Positions 48,181 through 61,373 of a stretch of DNA of 64,000 bases are shown piece after piece (the stretch's first letter is position 1; each line of letters starts with the position of its first letter). The DNA is taken from NCBI RefSeq assembly GCF_963676685.1, contig NC_092344.1, positions 90,458,001 through 90,522,000 of the forward strand, written 5' to 3'. The notes below the pieces were generated by a model. That model worked only from the letters and a program-made list of their open reading frames with translations, did not search any database and was not told where the DNA came from. The translations under genes were made by a program, and so were the position numbers. This DNA comes from Mytilus edulis. Taxonomy: Eukaryota.

Positions 48181-49889
48181 CCTCATTGACTGATAGAAAA
48201 ATTGTAGTATATCATATTTAATAAAAGATAATGATAAAAAATATAAAAACAGTGTTTTTAAAGCATGGCATATTGATAACGATATCATCACTGGAAAGTT
48301 GAATATATATAATTTTCGTTAACAAGCAGGTTTTTTTTCAAATGGAAAAAATGCTTGAAATAACCAGTTTTAAAGAAGGACAACTACTATGGTTTGTTTC
48401 ATAAAAGTGCCAACTTATTACAATTTGATACAGGGAGATAAAAAAAACCCATATCGTTAGGTCACATAAAGCAATTTTGTTCTCAAAATCTAAGCTTTCT
48501 AGTTTTAAAAATACGTTCATTATATATCATAAGCCTGGTATCCTTTTAATTTTTTTTGTATAAAAGAAATAAGATGTGGTATGATTGTCAATGAGACAAC
48601 TATATATCTGAGTTCAAATACGTGAATATAAGCAGTAATAGATTAACGTACGACATTCAACAATAAAAAGAATCCCTCAGATGTTATCCATTCGTTTGAT
48701 GTGTTTGAGCTTTTGATTTTGCCATTTAATTACGGACTTTCCATTTTGGATTTTCCTAGGAGTTCGGGTATTTTTGTTATTTTACTTTTCACGACATAGT
48801 ATAAAAGGTCACACATGAAAAATGAGAAACAATTCAAATGAGAAAATTCACAGCCTAATTAATAACAATACAATTTACGTATTTACGGGAAAAAAATGAC
48901 AGACGTGAACCGAAGATAACCACTGAATTACAGGACTTAGGACAGGCGCATTAACAATATGGTGGGTTAGAAATGCTGTAAAACCTTCCCTTAACCGGGA
49001 ACAGTGGTGTTACAGCAAAACATAAGAACAAATAGCAAATATCAGGTGAAAATGGTGCAAACCGTTTGCTGTATTACTGTATACACTAATAGTAATCACA
49101 GTCAAAAGTATACCAATGAACTTCGTAATTTATTGGGCATTTAAAACTTTTTCATCCAAGCGCCATAAATGAGACTTTGGAATATAAAACGCGAGTCTGG
49201 CGTACAAAATTTAATCCTGGTAGCTAAGATGAGTTTATTTTGTAGACCGAAAAAGATAACATATACTTGTATATGATATCTGTTATTGTTTTGTACATAA
49301 ATCAGGCTGTTGGTTTCTTGTTTAAATAGTTTTACAGTTATCATTTCGGCCCATTTATAGCTTACTATGTGGTATGGGTTATGCTTATTGTTGAAATGCC
49401 GTGCGGTGACCAATAGTTGTTGACTTCCATGTCATTTGATCATTGATTTATTTTACTTTTTTCGTTATTGATTCAAATTCTGATAAGTACAGATTGGTTG
49501 AAATGGAAATGGACGCTGCTAGTCGCAGGCTATTCAAACCCGTGACAACTAGTTCCAAAGATGAGGAAAACGAAGTTTTATAATGTAAAGGTTGAGATGA
49601 TCTTAATATTAGCAATATTTTTGACCAAAAGTTTGCACAGAAAATCATATCTGATTACATCTAAGATAAAACTTCACCAGTCATTTCATATACCTACATC
49701 AACCTATGTTTAACCACAAGATGGTACTAAAGACCTTTACCCTTAAGGATGTAAAATACATATAAAGCCTCGCTGGTCATGTTATTTCTGGAATTTTCAT
49801 TTTCATTAAATATTTTTAACTTTGCGAATTTTAGGTTACTTATGGATGGAGTTAAAGAATATGGCAGAACATTGGTACACTCATCATAA

Positions 49890-50020
49890 TGTACAGGCTT
49901 ATAATTTGGTACGTCAGTAAGCGGAATCCAGCTGAATTTGCGATGTGGTGCTTTTTGTAAGGATCCCAAACATTGCAAGTGTATTCAACGAATGGACGTA
50001 CAAGTGGTGTATATTTCGCA
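49890..50020 (-). mobile_element. Ancient LINE RT C-terminal fragment
   Basis: YTPLVRPFVEYTCNVWDPY resembles the LVRPxLEYxxxVWxP motif of LINE ORF2. Confidence 0.55.
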
Positions 50021-50312
50021 CAATTAAGTATAAAATTATCACTTCTGTAAAAGCGATTATAAATGAAAGTCATCGAATCCTCGTTTATAAAAAATAAAGA
50101 AACTGAAATTGCATTATACATATTATATACATTACATTTGAAATTAAATCGAGCATTTCAAAGTTATACCCAAACAATTTCGTTAATATTTAAAATATTG
50201 TTTGACTTGCATTAAATCTAAAATTGGGTTCACAGATATCCGTGTACTTTTAAGGATAACCTGAGTGCTTTTTGGTAATATTTTTTAAACCATGAGATTT
50301 TGTTATATTTCC

Positions 50313-50406
50313 CACAGGCACTTGTCTCAGAATTATTTCCCTCTATATGCCTTAATATAATATATCAAGGTATATAGGGAAAAAAGTTCTGAGACAAGTG
50401 TCTGTG
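50313..50406. mobile_element. 94-bp micro-MITE with 8-bp TSD
   Basis: CACAGGCACTTGTCTCAGAA ... TTCTGAGACAAGTGTCTGTG, flanked by ATATTTCC on both sides. Confidence 0.85.
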
Positions 50407-51980
50407 ATATTTCCCTAAAAGGTATATGTTATAAAACAAAATTCGTTATTCTTGAATTAAATCCTCCTTGCTTGTATAGATTTTTGATTGCACACGAATA
50501 TCAATTACATCTCAATATTAATAAAACACATTAAAAATCATTTATAATGAGATATCTTATATTTCTTTAGGAATGAATCATTAACTGCTATTAAAAGAAT
50601 CGCAAGTTCCTATTTAACATATTTGCAGAGATTTGTAACAGATACAAAAGAAGAAAAATTCAAACAGTCTTGCAGAAAATTATGTAAAGATAGTCGCTAG
50701 TACATCATATATTAAAATTATCAATAGAACAAGAACAATTTTATGATTTAATTGAATATTGTAAAATCAATATTGCAGGAATCAAAGGCGCAAATGCAGT
50801 ACAGATGATAGCTCACAGGGGAAAGATCGAATAAATTGTAGTCTTTTTCGACATTTAACAGACAGAAATTTCGGAATATTTACTTTCAGTAACGTTATTT
50901 TAATGTAACACTGAAACAAAACCATGTTCTCAAAAATCTATCGCTGGGATCCTCAAAAAATAAATAAAATCATTCCTGGTAATTCGTATTAATTATAAAA
51001 AAAAGAAGATGTGGCATAATTATCAATGAGCCAACTCTCCACAAGAAACAAAATGACACAGAAATTATCAACTACATGTCACCGTACGGCCTTCAACAAT
51101 GAGCAAAGACCAAACCGCATAGTCAGCTATAAAAAGCCCCGAAATGACAAATGTAAAACAATTAAAACGAGAAAACTAACGGCCTAATTTATGTACAAAA
51201 AAATGAACGAAAAACAGTTATGTAACACATCTACCAACGACAACCACTGAATTGCAGGCTCCTGACTTGGGACAGACACATACATACAGAATGTGGCGGG
51301 GTTAATGTTAACTTCAGACAACAAATAATTTCCAAATTCTTGAATAAACAAAAAGAAAGAAGATACTAAAGTGGCAATCAAAAAAAACACAAATTAAAGA
51401 CTCTATATCAGATAAAATCTTTTCAAAATCTATGTTTTGAGAGTTTCCCTTTGATAATCTGTAAAAATTAAAGAGTGGGACATTAATGTGTACCCTTGTG
51501 GAACATCCATTTTGTGCTTCATTAGCTATAGGGGTTTGATATGTCTAACCACTAGAGCGAACAAGGGCTATTCATAGTTATTCTTGTTCTTCTGAACGTG
51601 ACTTTTTATATTTAATTAGACGCCGAAAATTTGAAATTAACATACTCTTTTATATTTAAGTATTTTGTAAATATAAGAACATTTCTATTTTCATTTTCAT
51701 TAAACATGTATTTAAAAAGTGCACACACATCTGTTTATAGTTTTTTTTTTACCATAACACCATAATAAAGGGTACATTTGGACGTTTCATCATTTTGCAG
51801 CCGTAACTTGATATATTGCCATGGAATTTAGCAGCAAAAGTTTGTTATGAGATAATTCTACAGATGGAAAATCTAGAACGTTTTTAAATTCCTGAACAGG
51901 TATATTGATCTATTCAAATTAGTGTCACGCACTAGTTATTAGTTTAATGGAAAATACTGGGCAGAAATTTGTATAAAACG

Positions 51981-53676
51981 ATGTCGGATAGAAAAAGAAG
52001 TAATACAGAAGAATTGTCAGGCAAAACAATTATTATTATTGGAACCTCGGGGAAAGGTTTGCAGTTCTTGTGGAAAATTCTGCAGGATTTAAACATTAAG
52101 GTATGACGTTTAATGAGAAAATACATTTGTATTGAAAAAACAACATGAAAAAAACCAGATGAAAGATGAGAAGGGACATTCAAAACTCACAAGTCGAAAA
52201 CAAAACCGGCAACACCATGGCATCCCTCCTAAAATAAATCAAAGAAAACACAAACATACCCACAAAGCATTACATTTCAATAGATCGAGCATCACCATCA
52301 GTTGAATGTATGATTGGTAATATAAGTTAATAGATTGAAAACAATACTGGTATCAAATAACTCTAACAAACTCAGAAATTTAGAATGCCTTGAGGAATCG
52401 AGTGGCCTAATCTGGATGTTTGTATTGACCAATTTTTCCGAGGTTTTCGTTGGTTTTTTTTACAATTTGATATATGTTTTAGGTTATTCTGGTTGACACA
52501 AAAAACGAGAACCATGGTCGTCGTTTTGTTGAAGTTTTTATCCAATACAACTATCTAGAGGATCACAATGATGAAAATCATGCCAATACTATCATTCGAA
52601 TTCTTGGACACAGGAAGGAACAACTATCGGCATGTATTTCTTTCGCTGAAGATAGTATGCATTTAACTGCCATTTTAAGTCAGAAGCTAGGGCTGATTGG
52701 TATCAATCCAGATGTAGCTCGTATATCGCAGAGCAAACAATTAACATATGATGCACTGAAAGACGGTTTGGATACAAGTAACTATTCACCGCTATCATTT
52801 CGAATTAAAAATGTATCAGATATCGTCAAAACAAAAGGTCTTTTATTTCCAGCGATACTTAAACCAGAATATGGTAGTAATTCAGAGGGTATAACGGAAG
52901 TTACATCTGTAGACGAATGTGTAAGTAAATATACCAAACTACAAGGTACATTTGGAAAAGATTGGAATGTCAAGAGATTCAGCAATGCAATGGTTCTAAT
53001 GGAATACTTGCCAGGCATAAGTCACCACATTGAGATTGTTTTATTTCACGGTGCTTTGCTTATAGCTCTCGTATCAGACATGGGCCCAAAATTACCAGGT
53101 GTATTTGCAGATACGACCACTTGTTTTCCAACATGTTTATCGGAAAGATTAAAGGGAGAAATAATTAAGGCGGCTTTTGATTGCTGTAGAAAAATCGGAT
53201 TGGATAATGGTGTGTACAACGTTGAAATGAAATTAACCAACGCTGGCTTCAAGATGATCGAAATCAACACCCGACCTGGTTGTTATAGAAGGTGTGCTGT
53301 CTTCAAAACCACGAACTCTATCGACCTACATGTGACTAATGTTTTAATCAAATGTGGAATCAAGCCAGAGTTACAAGGAGAGAATATAAATTATGCGGTT
53401 GGGTGTTTTCTGTATTCTTTTGCTCATAAACGTCAGTTGAGGGATCCAATAGTACAGAGAAAAATTATCAAATTACAACAGCAAAATCAACTCATTTACT
53501 TTGAAAGATGCAAAATAGCTGAATGTGAAAAACCCTTTCCAAAATGTTTCGCTCATTTAGTGGCTTTAGACAAAAGAGGTGTGCAATTTGCAAAACAAAA
53601 TTTGCTAGACATTTGCACGGAACTAAATCTATCTAGTGATGAATATAATATAAAACATTTTACAAGGTATTTCTAA
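51981..53676 (+). CDS. ATP-grasp amino-acid ligase, carnosine synthase 1 (CARNS1)-like, C-terminal domain only, ~437 aa
   Basis: Exon 51981-52100 (MSDRKRSNTEELSGKTIIIIGTSGKGLQFLWKILQDLNIK|gtatga) splices in phase 0 to 52483-53676 (VILVDTK...FPAILKPEYGSNSEG...VLMEYLPG...VSDMGP...AAFDCC...GVYNVEMKLT...IEINTRPG). These align by eye with the second ATP-grasp unit of CARNS1. AATAAA at 53825. Confidence 0.85.
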
Positions 53677-55564
53677 AAACTACACATTGGAATATGGACA
53701 ATCAATCATAAAAAGCCTTTAGAAGCGTATTTTGTAACTTGTTATGTTTTAGTAAATTGAATTTTAGCACATGACAGATTGGTACATTTTATGCAAGCTT
53801 ATATTCCGTGTTGTATATCTTAAAAATAAAATATCGAAGATTAAACAGTGTGATATGTTTTCTTCCAATAGGCCTTAAGTGTCAAGGACGTGACTTCATA
53901 TATCAAATGAAGTCATAATTGGGCATGTAATGTCAATCTGTTGTATTTTCTGGCACATGGCATATATTAGATATGCAACAGCAAGAGAGTAACCGGACCC
54001 GACGGTAGTAAAACAAAAAAGAGTGACACAGATTTCTAAGCATTCTGCATTATTTCTAGATTAAGACAAAAAATTAATTTGGAAAAAAATAAAACCAGTA
54101 CAATGTACTTGAAATAATCATGTCTGGTGCATGGTGTTTTACCGAGCCTACAAAATAGAAGGCGTTCGTTCCTGAAAAGAAAATCCCCAAAATTCTAACA
54201 ATTTACGACAAGAAGGGACGACGGACTCTATTGCACAGCATCGTATGGTAAGCTGACGTGCTTGGTCCAATATAGGTATTGAAGCCGCGTGAATTTTTAA
54301 CGGAATGTTAAGAATATTCGACAATTGTACATCAGAGACTGCCTTCGAATAAATTTTTTTCAGTACTTAGTCTTGTCTACCGGAAGCTTCCTTGTATAAA
54401 TCTCCCTTGACAAAATAAATTGTCTACACATACATGTTGGGATCGAGAGACAAATACAAAAATGTATTATTTTTCATTTAGAAGCAATCATACATTTTTT
54501 TAAGGAGGGTGAATAAATACTCGTCAACGGGTGGAATGGTGATGTGCAAGCCCTTTATCCCGGTGCAATCCACTTAGCGGAATCTTCCACTTCGATCTAT
54601 CATTGTAACATTTTACAAAAGGATTAGGAACAAGTTATTACTCGTTGGACAATGAATTAGTTATTCGAAGGTTCGTTGGACATGGCTTGGATCTATCCAA
54701 ATGTAAATCAATCTGAGCAGTCAGATCATTAAAATCATGAAATTTGTTTTGCGTAATATATAATTTCGTACTGGTTATGTATTTATGAATCCCACCATTA
54801 TGATATTGTTCTGTGATCGTTGTTGTATTCTTATTTTTCAATTTTGCTTATTTACTTTTTCTATAGAGTGTCTGTGTGCCATAGTTTGTTTTTCTTTCTT
54901 GAAATTGTTGTTTGTTCTTATAGTGATTAAGATTAAACCACAATGTTGACTGATGTGCCCCAATGTTTGATATTTTAACCTATTATGTCTTTTATAAATA
55001 TAGGAAGATGTGGTATGAGTGCAAATGAGACAAATATCTATCCAAGTAACAATTTATAAAAGTAAACCATTATAGGTCAAGGTACGGCCTTCAACACAGA
55101 GCATTGGCTCACAACGAACAGCAAGTTATAAAGGGCTCTTGCTTGTTTTGTTCACACATTGGTGTCAACATAATGAAATTATATATGACTGCCATATAAG
55201 TGAAAGGTTTAGCAAGCCATAAAACCAGATTTTATACATCATTTTCTACATCAGGAAATGCCTGTAATAAGTCAAGGATATGACAGTTGATTTCCATTAG
55301 TTTGATGTGCATGAGATTTTGATTTTGACATTTGATAAACCATTTTAGTTTTGAATTTTCTTTGGGGCTCAGTTATTTTTGCTACTTTTCACCGATGCTC
55401 AAAAATAAGAAGCCCATTAAGACGAAACTAGTCAAGGCAAACAAAAAAATCCTTGGCGTTCGGTATTTTTGTTATTTTACTTTTAAGTAAAACTAACAAT
55501 ATACAAGAACAACTATTCAGTTATCTTTAATTCAGAAATCCATCATTTTAGTAATACAATCACT

Positions 55565-58500
55565 CTATGTGTCTACCAAAACTGTGTCTATGATTTGAAC
55601 AACACCATTCAAAGTTGATATATCTGCGTTGATTATCTTAGCTGAACCAACATACACCTCTCTCTCTGAAAAAAAATCATTCACAATCAACAGTTTTATA
55701 AAAAGCATCATGGTTTTGGTGGGAAGTATTAAGCATAGTTTTATGAATTGGTGTAATGCTAACGAGCAATATATTCTTTTAAAAAAAATAGCAAATAGTT
55801 ATTAAATTAATTAAATGTGTAGTCCATGTCAAAAAGAGACAACCAAACAAATCATTAAAAGTAGAAAAGACTTCTAGCGATATTAAAAGTAAGAAGATAC
55901 ATTTCAACTCCTTTTCTTTCAACTTTTTTGATAACTCAGACACAATACATACGTGTAACAAGAGGAATACAATATTTACATACATACAAACAATACAAAA
56001 CAATAGTGGGTATAACAAAGGAAAAAACATAAAAAAATACATTTTTTAAACAATCATTTTACAACATGTTCTTAAGTGTACTAATAAAAAGTGTTAGATT
56101 TACCAAAAAAGGACAAACCAACGATACTGTCAAACTTTTCTTAAAAACTGAAATAAATTCATTGAAAAACAATATTGCAAGAACCTAGAATGAGCAACAC
56201 AAAACACATGACAACATACACGTGATCATACTCAATAGTATCAGCACAGGTAATAAAATCAGAAGAAACATCATTTAAAGCAAGTCGGTGTATGTCTTTT
56301 TGTTGACAGATGTAAGAATTTTTCAAGAGTTTTAGTTCTATTAACGATATAACAATAAAGGGTAGAAATTGAAATACCATGTAGTATTACAGGTATCTTT
56401 TAACAAGAATTATGACACAATTAACAAACATTATTAGGGTATTAAAAAGTTGGTTATATCTGTTACCTTGAGAAGAAGAAAAAAGAGGCAGATCATACCA
56501 AAGGGACGGCAATCAAAAGTCGAAGAAAAACCGACAACAAAGTGAAAAAAAAACGACAAAAAGACAACAACAATCTCCAAAACATTGCATCGTACATTAA
56601 CTAAAGATGAGCAACGCGAACAACAAACCAAATTGGGGTGAACAGATCCTGTTCTACATATGACACTTGACGTGTTCATGCCAAATACAACTTTTGTTTT
56701 AATGCAAACAAATACTTTGGAAAAATACACAAACAGACTCGACCCATATCTCTGTTTTATTATTTAAGGTGGTACCTAACACTACAGGGAGATAACTCTG
56801 TAAAATCAGCTAAACGTTTTGATTACGTTGTGATATTAAGGGAATATTAGGCTTCTCAATGATCAAAATTAGTGTTTGTCAAACTTCTATATAACCAGTG
56901 TAATTTTTCTGATAAATTGGTTGGTTCAAATTTTTTGAATTTTTTATGAAACTTTATGAAAATTAAACGAGCCAAATAAATTTTAGTCAAGGTGTTGGGT
57001 ACCACCTTAACATCCTCTAACATACAAAATATTCATTTACTAAAAAAATTACAATATGAAAACAGTATGAAAATCGGTCTTACCTTTAACGTCTACTGGA
57101 AAGGACATGCCAGATTTAGATGTAAATTTCCGTGTGTGAGTAAGACCTTTAGTGAAAAACACTTCATCAGTCATATGGTTTGACAGAACTCCTATAGTAT
57201 AAAATGTTTTTGGTATAGGAATGTTTAAAACATGGAATATTTTAAAAATTAGAAATAAATAATAAGAAAAGCTATTATACATAACTCGAAGGACTCTTAT
57301 CCATGATCATTCTTCTCTTTGGAACGTTGTGGATGATGTGGTACAAAAAGTAAAATAACAAAAAAACAGAACGCAAAGGAAAATTCAAATTGGAAAGTCC
57401 GTAATTAAATGGCAAAATCGAAAAATCAATACAGTTTCAAAACTTTTTTTTATTCTTATATTAATTCTTACGAGGTATCCTTATTCATCAATAAATAACA
57501 CACAAAAACACACGCACACACACACATAAATACATGGAAAAGCTCCTGCGTTTATTAAGTATATTTTTCTCGTTATTAAGTACATATGTCTTGTATACAT
57601 TGTCTTCCCTTTCCGCCTCTCAGTACCATATTAGGCTAGTTATGTCATTTTAATTGCATGTAATTCATCGAAAAAAAAGAGATAAAAATGAAATCAAACT
57701 AGACATTGATACGTTCAAACTCTTTACAAAGGGCGATAATAACAGAGTTGACAACTACCGTCACCTTAATCATGGCTTTAAACAAATTTATTTCGCAGTT
57801 GAAGAATACCTGTAACATTTAACAAATTCATACCTTTAAGCAATTCTGGATTACTTGTAATATTTTGCAACACACCAGGAGCTAATTTGGAAAATGCTGC
57901 ATTGTCTGGCACTAAAACTGTCATGTTCGGTCCTTTAAAAAAGAAAATCCATTTATGTAACACATAATGAAGTGTCAATAAATAAGGTGTACTAATTTAG
58001 GTTATAGGATTTCTTGGTCCAAGTTGAATTGATTTTGTGATTTAATATGTTCCGAAAAAAATATGCTCTGAACTATGTTTAGTATAGAAATAAGATGAGT
58101 AATGAGATGGGGATTGATTTCCAATGACACAACTATCCACCAGAGACCCAAGGACGTAGATGAAAGCTACCATAGGTCACAGTACTGTGAGTAACAGTGA
58201 ACGAAGTTTGAAATCAAAAAATGTGATTGCTTGGAATTAAATATGTAATAAAAGGCATAACATCATTTATAATAATAAAAAAAAAAACAATTTAAATATC
58301 TATGGGCATATTAATATATACAACAAGCATGCATACTGAATGTTCTGATAGCTGATTGAAAAAGTATATATACCTTTAAAAGTGTCCAAATCTTGTGCTT
58401 TAGATGCAAGTAAGAGAAATGTGCTGACATTGCGGTCTTCTGAGATATATTTGTATGCTGTTCTAGTTGGAATCTGATATAATACCTGGTGTATAACACA

Positions 58501-60559
58501 TATCCTTCCATTCTTTGTCCTGTCCTCAACGTTCATATACTCCCCACCTTCTACTGTTATTAAAGTCTTGTTATCCTGGAGTAGATATATAAGATAACAC
58601 TTATAAACAAATGAGAAAAAATGGTGATTTGTTTGAGGGAATATTTTTTATGATGTATTTTTGTTTAAGAAGTTTATTTTTCAATTAATTAAATGTATAA
58701 TTGTAATACAATCAGTTTCAACTTAAATTAAGTTCTGATTTTCCTGTTTTTCAATTTTTAGTAGATTGTACTTTATTGGGAAGTTTAATTCTAAAACATT
58801 TCTCAACTATTGGTAGATTGTACTTTTGAAGTTTCCTCAAGACACATGTTCTTTATTCATTTGTATTGTTCATTATGACTATCGCTTCTGTTTGACTGTC
58901 AGTCCTTAAAACCTAGTGCTTTAAATCATAATGTTGACGAGTGTTTGTTTGGTCAATCGGTGATTTTTGCAACATGTGTTACGGCGAGAACAATGGAATT
59001 TAAATAGATAGTATCACCACGATCTAGCCATTTAATATTGGTGTTAAGTTTGCGTTTAGAACCGCCAATCGACCAGTTCACTCAAAGCTAGGAAGCGGCC
59101 TATGGGAACTCGTATGTTTTATGTATGTAGATTACTAGTATATAGTTACTGTTGTTCTTATTTGAAAGTTCGTTGTCTTACCTGTTCTGACGTGTATCTG
59201 TTGACTCGTAATTGTTCTCCTTGGAAAGTTGGCAATAAACTGTTGTCTTTCATATTGATACATTGAAGTTTTTGTGGCACTAAATGGTACATAATTACTT
59301 CTCTTAAAAATGTTTTATTTTTAGACATCATCTCAATGATTGCTGGTGGAATACTGTCCAATGCACCTCTTGAAGGCAGAAACAGAGTTTTGGTATCTAC
59401 AAAAAGTACAATAATCAGTGAGTAAAATTCTCTCCGAAATAAAAAAAAAATCCTTTCTCTAATGGTGGCATTCGTGATGTCATACCGTGTAAGTCTTAAA
59501 TAATAAAACCAGGAAAGGTTGTGTGTTATTTGATACAACATTCCTTAAAGTTAGCTCAAAATAAAAAATGTCTTCTTACAATCAAATTATCTTATATCGG
59601 CCACTTCACATGCTGTACCAGGCTATCAGACATGTGTTTCCGGTTGCTTTTAAAATAATTGCTTTGGCTATCGTATACTGTAGATTGCATTGGAATATAG
59701 TGGATTTTGCAATCGTGTCAAACAGATTTGGATATATGCTAACTTGTGCATCTATCTGTCGTACAGAAAGATGATAATACGATATGCCCTGTACTCAGTC
59801 TTAGTAATTTCCATAAAGCTACGTCAAGCATATTGCTTGTGCCATGTCCATAGCTTATTTTGCAAAGAATTTCATTAAGAAAAGAGAACTAAATGAAGCA
59901 TTTTGGCTGTGATTTAGAAAAATAAGTAAATCAATATTAACCCCGAAAAATACAAGCTAAAAGGATTTTGCAAACACAGGATGCATAAGATTAGCTTGGC
60001 TAATGAGGTCATCCTCTTAAAACAAAGATTATGTATTTGACTTGTCATCCTCTTAAAACAAAGATTATGTATTTGACTTAAAGTCTGAGGGAAAAATTTG
60101 AAGAGTATTTGAAACATGTTTTATTCCAGACACACATATATCGCAATCAATCGTCAATGTTGATTCATTCGTTATTGTTCTAATCATTCAATCAAGGTCG
60201 GAATTCTAATACGAAAAACAAAGTACATTGGAAAGCTACTTGAAATGGATATCTATGTTGTGCTTTGTGTACTAGTCTATTGTTTATCTTTTTCTTTTTT
60301 AGCTTTGGCGTTGTCAGTTTATTTTCTGTTTATAAGATTGAATGTCCCTCTGGTATCGTTCGCACCCCTTTTCTAAAAGACAACATACATTATACTTACC
60401 ATTTCCTTTTGTAAATTCATGTGTAACATGAGCTTTCTCGCATAATTCAACGAATTTCCATGATCCTAGAAAGTCTGCACAAGTCAACAAATCATAAAAT
60501 TGACATGGATTACAATTAGCCGATATGACTACAGCGAAAATGACCAACAAAATCTTCAT
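55565..60559 (-). CDS. Divergent secreted two-FAS1-domain fasciclin protein, copy 4 (Cys-enriched N-terminal half), 294 aa
   Basis: Exons 60559-60400, 59396-59182, 58575-58374, 57932-57834, 57191-57084, 55665-55565; same phases as copies 1-3, 885 nt open. Motifs KTLFLPSRGAL, YHLV, NGRICVIHQVL, MTVLVPDNAAF, NGVVQIIDTVL. Confidence 0.88.
56768..57006. mobile_element. TTAA-specific MITE (Kolobok-like), copy B
   Basis: Same TIRs, TTAA TSD and interior as 36942-37217, with a small deletion. Confidence 0.85.
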
Positions 60560-61373
60560 TTTAAAATATTAGATTAAAATGAAAACACGGACATGACTAG
60601 GACTGTGTATATTATCACAAGTCATACACATTCAACCTAGAATCTAAGATAATCACATGGATAAATATGATAACATACACCTAATAAGTACTAGTGTGCT
60701 TTATTACAAACATTTTCAAAAATTCCCAATTCTAATTTTAGAAGATCTCTGGTTTAGTCTCATTGAGATACTTAATCGACTTTTGTCTTAGAACCCCTAT
60801 TACAGGACATACATATTGTATGCATTGTTAATAAGTTCTCGTCATGAACATACCTGAAATATTTACTACTGGAGATCCAGAAATTTTCATATGTGGGGGC
60901 CCACTGACTGCCTAAGAGGGGACACACTCCAGTCACGCTTCAATGGTTCCCTATATAAGTAACCAATTTTTTTCCCAAAAAGAAGAAACCGACAATCTAG
61001 ACACCCTTTGAATGGTCTTTTATGAAGGTTTTTTTAAACTTACAAATAAAAGGCAAAGTAACACATACTAGATCGACTATCATACCAACAAGTCTCAAAG
61101 ACATTTCAATACGTTTAATTTGGTGATACATCAATGGGTTGGGCAATTAGTTTTATAGCCGCACACATTTTTTTCAAGTAATCGTTAAATCTCATTTTTC
61201 TTAACTATAAATCCTCCTTGCTTGATGGTCCGAACAAACGTTAATCCAGAAAAGTGCTACGAAATCAAAACGAAATCAAAGCGCTGTAAGCGCTGGAGGC
61301 AGTTAACCAAAAACCAAGGCAAACGTTATTATAAAAACTGTGGCAATGTTGCTTCAGTCCTTTTTTTATATAT

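Noticed and set aside
49490-49585. Short plus-strand frame MEMDAASRRLFKPVTTSSKDEENEVL as an orphan exon
   Set aside because: Weak acceptor, no partner exons, no recognisable homology.
51981-53676. Horizontal transfer of a bacterial ligase
   Set aside because: It has a spliceosomal intron, host-like composition and CARNS1-specific motifs (VSDxGP, AAFxCC), which favour derivation from animal CARNS1.
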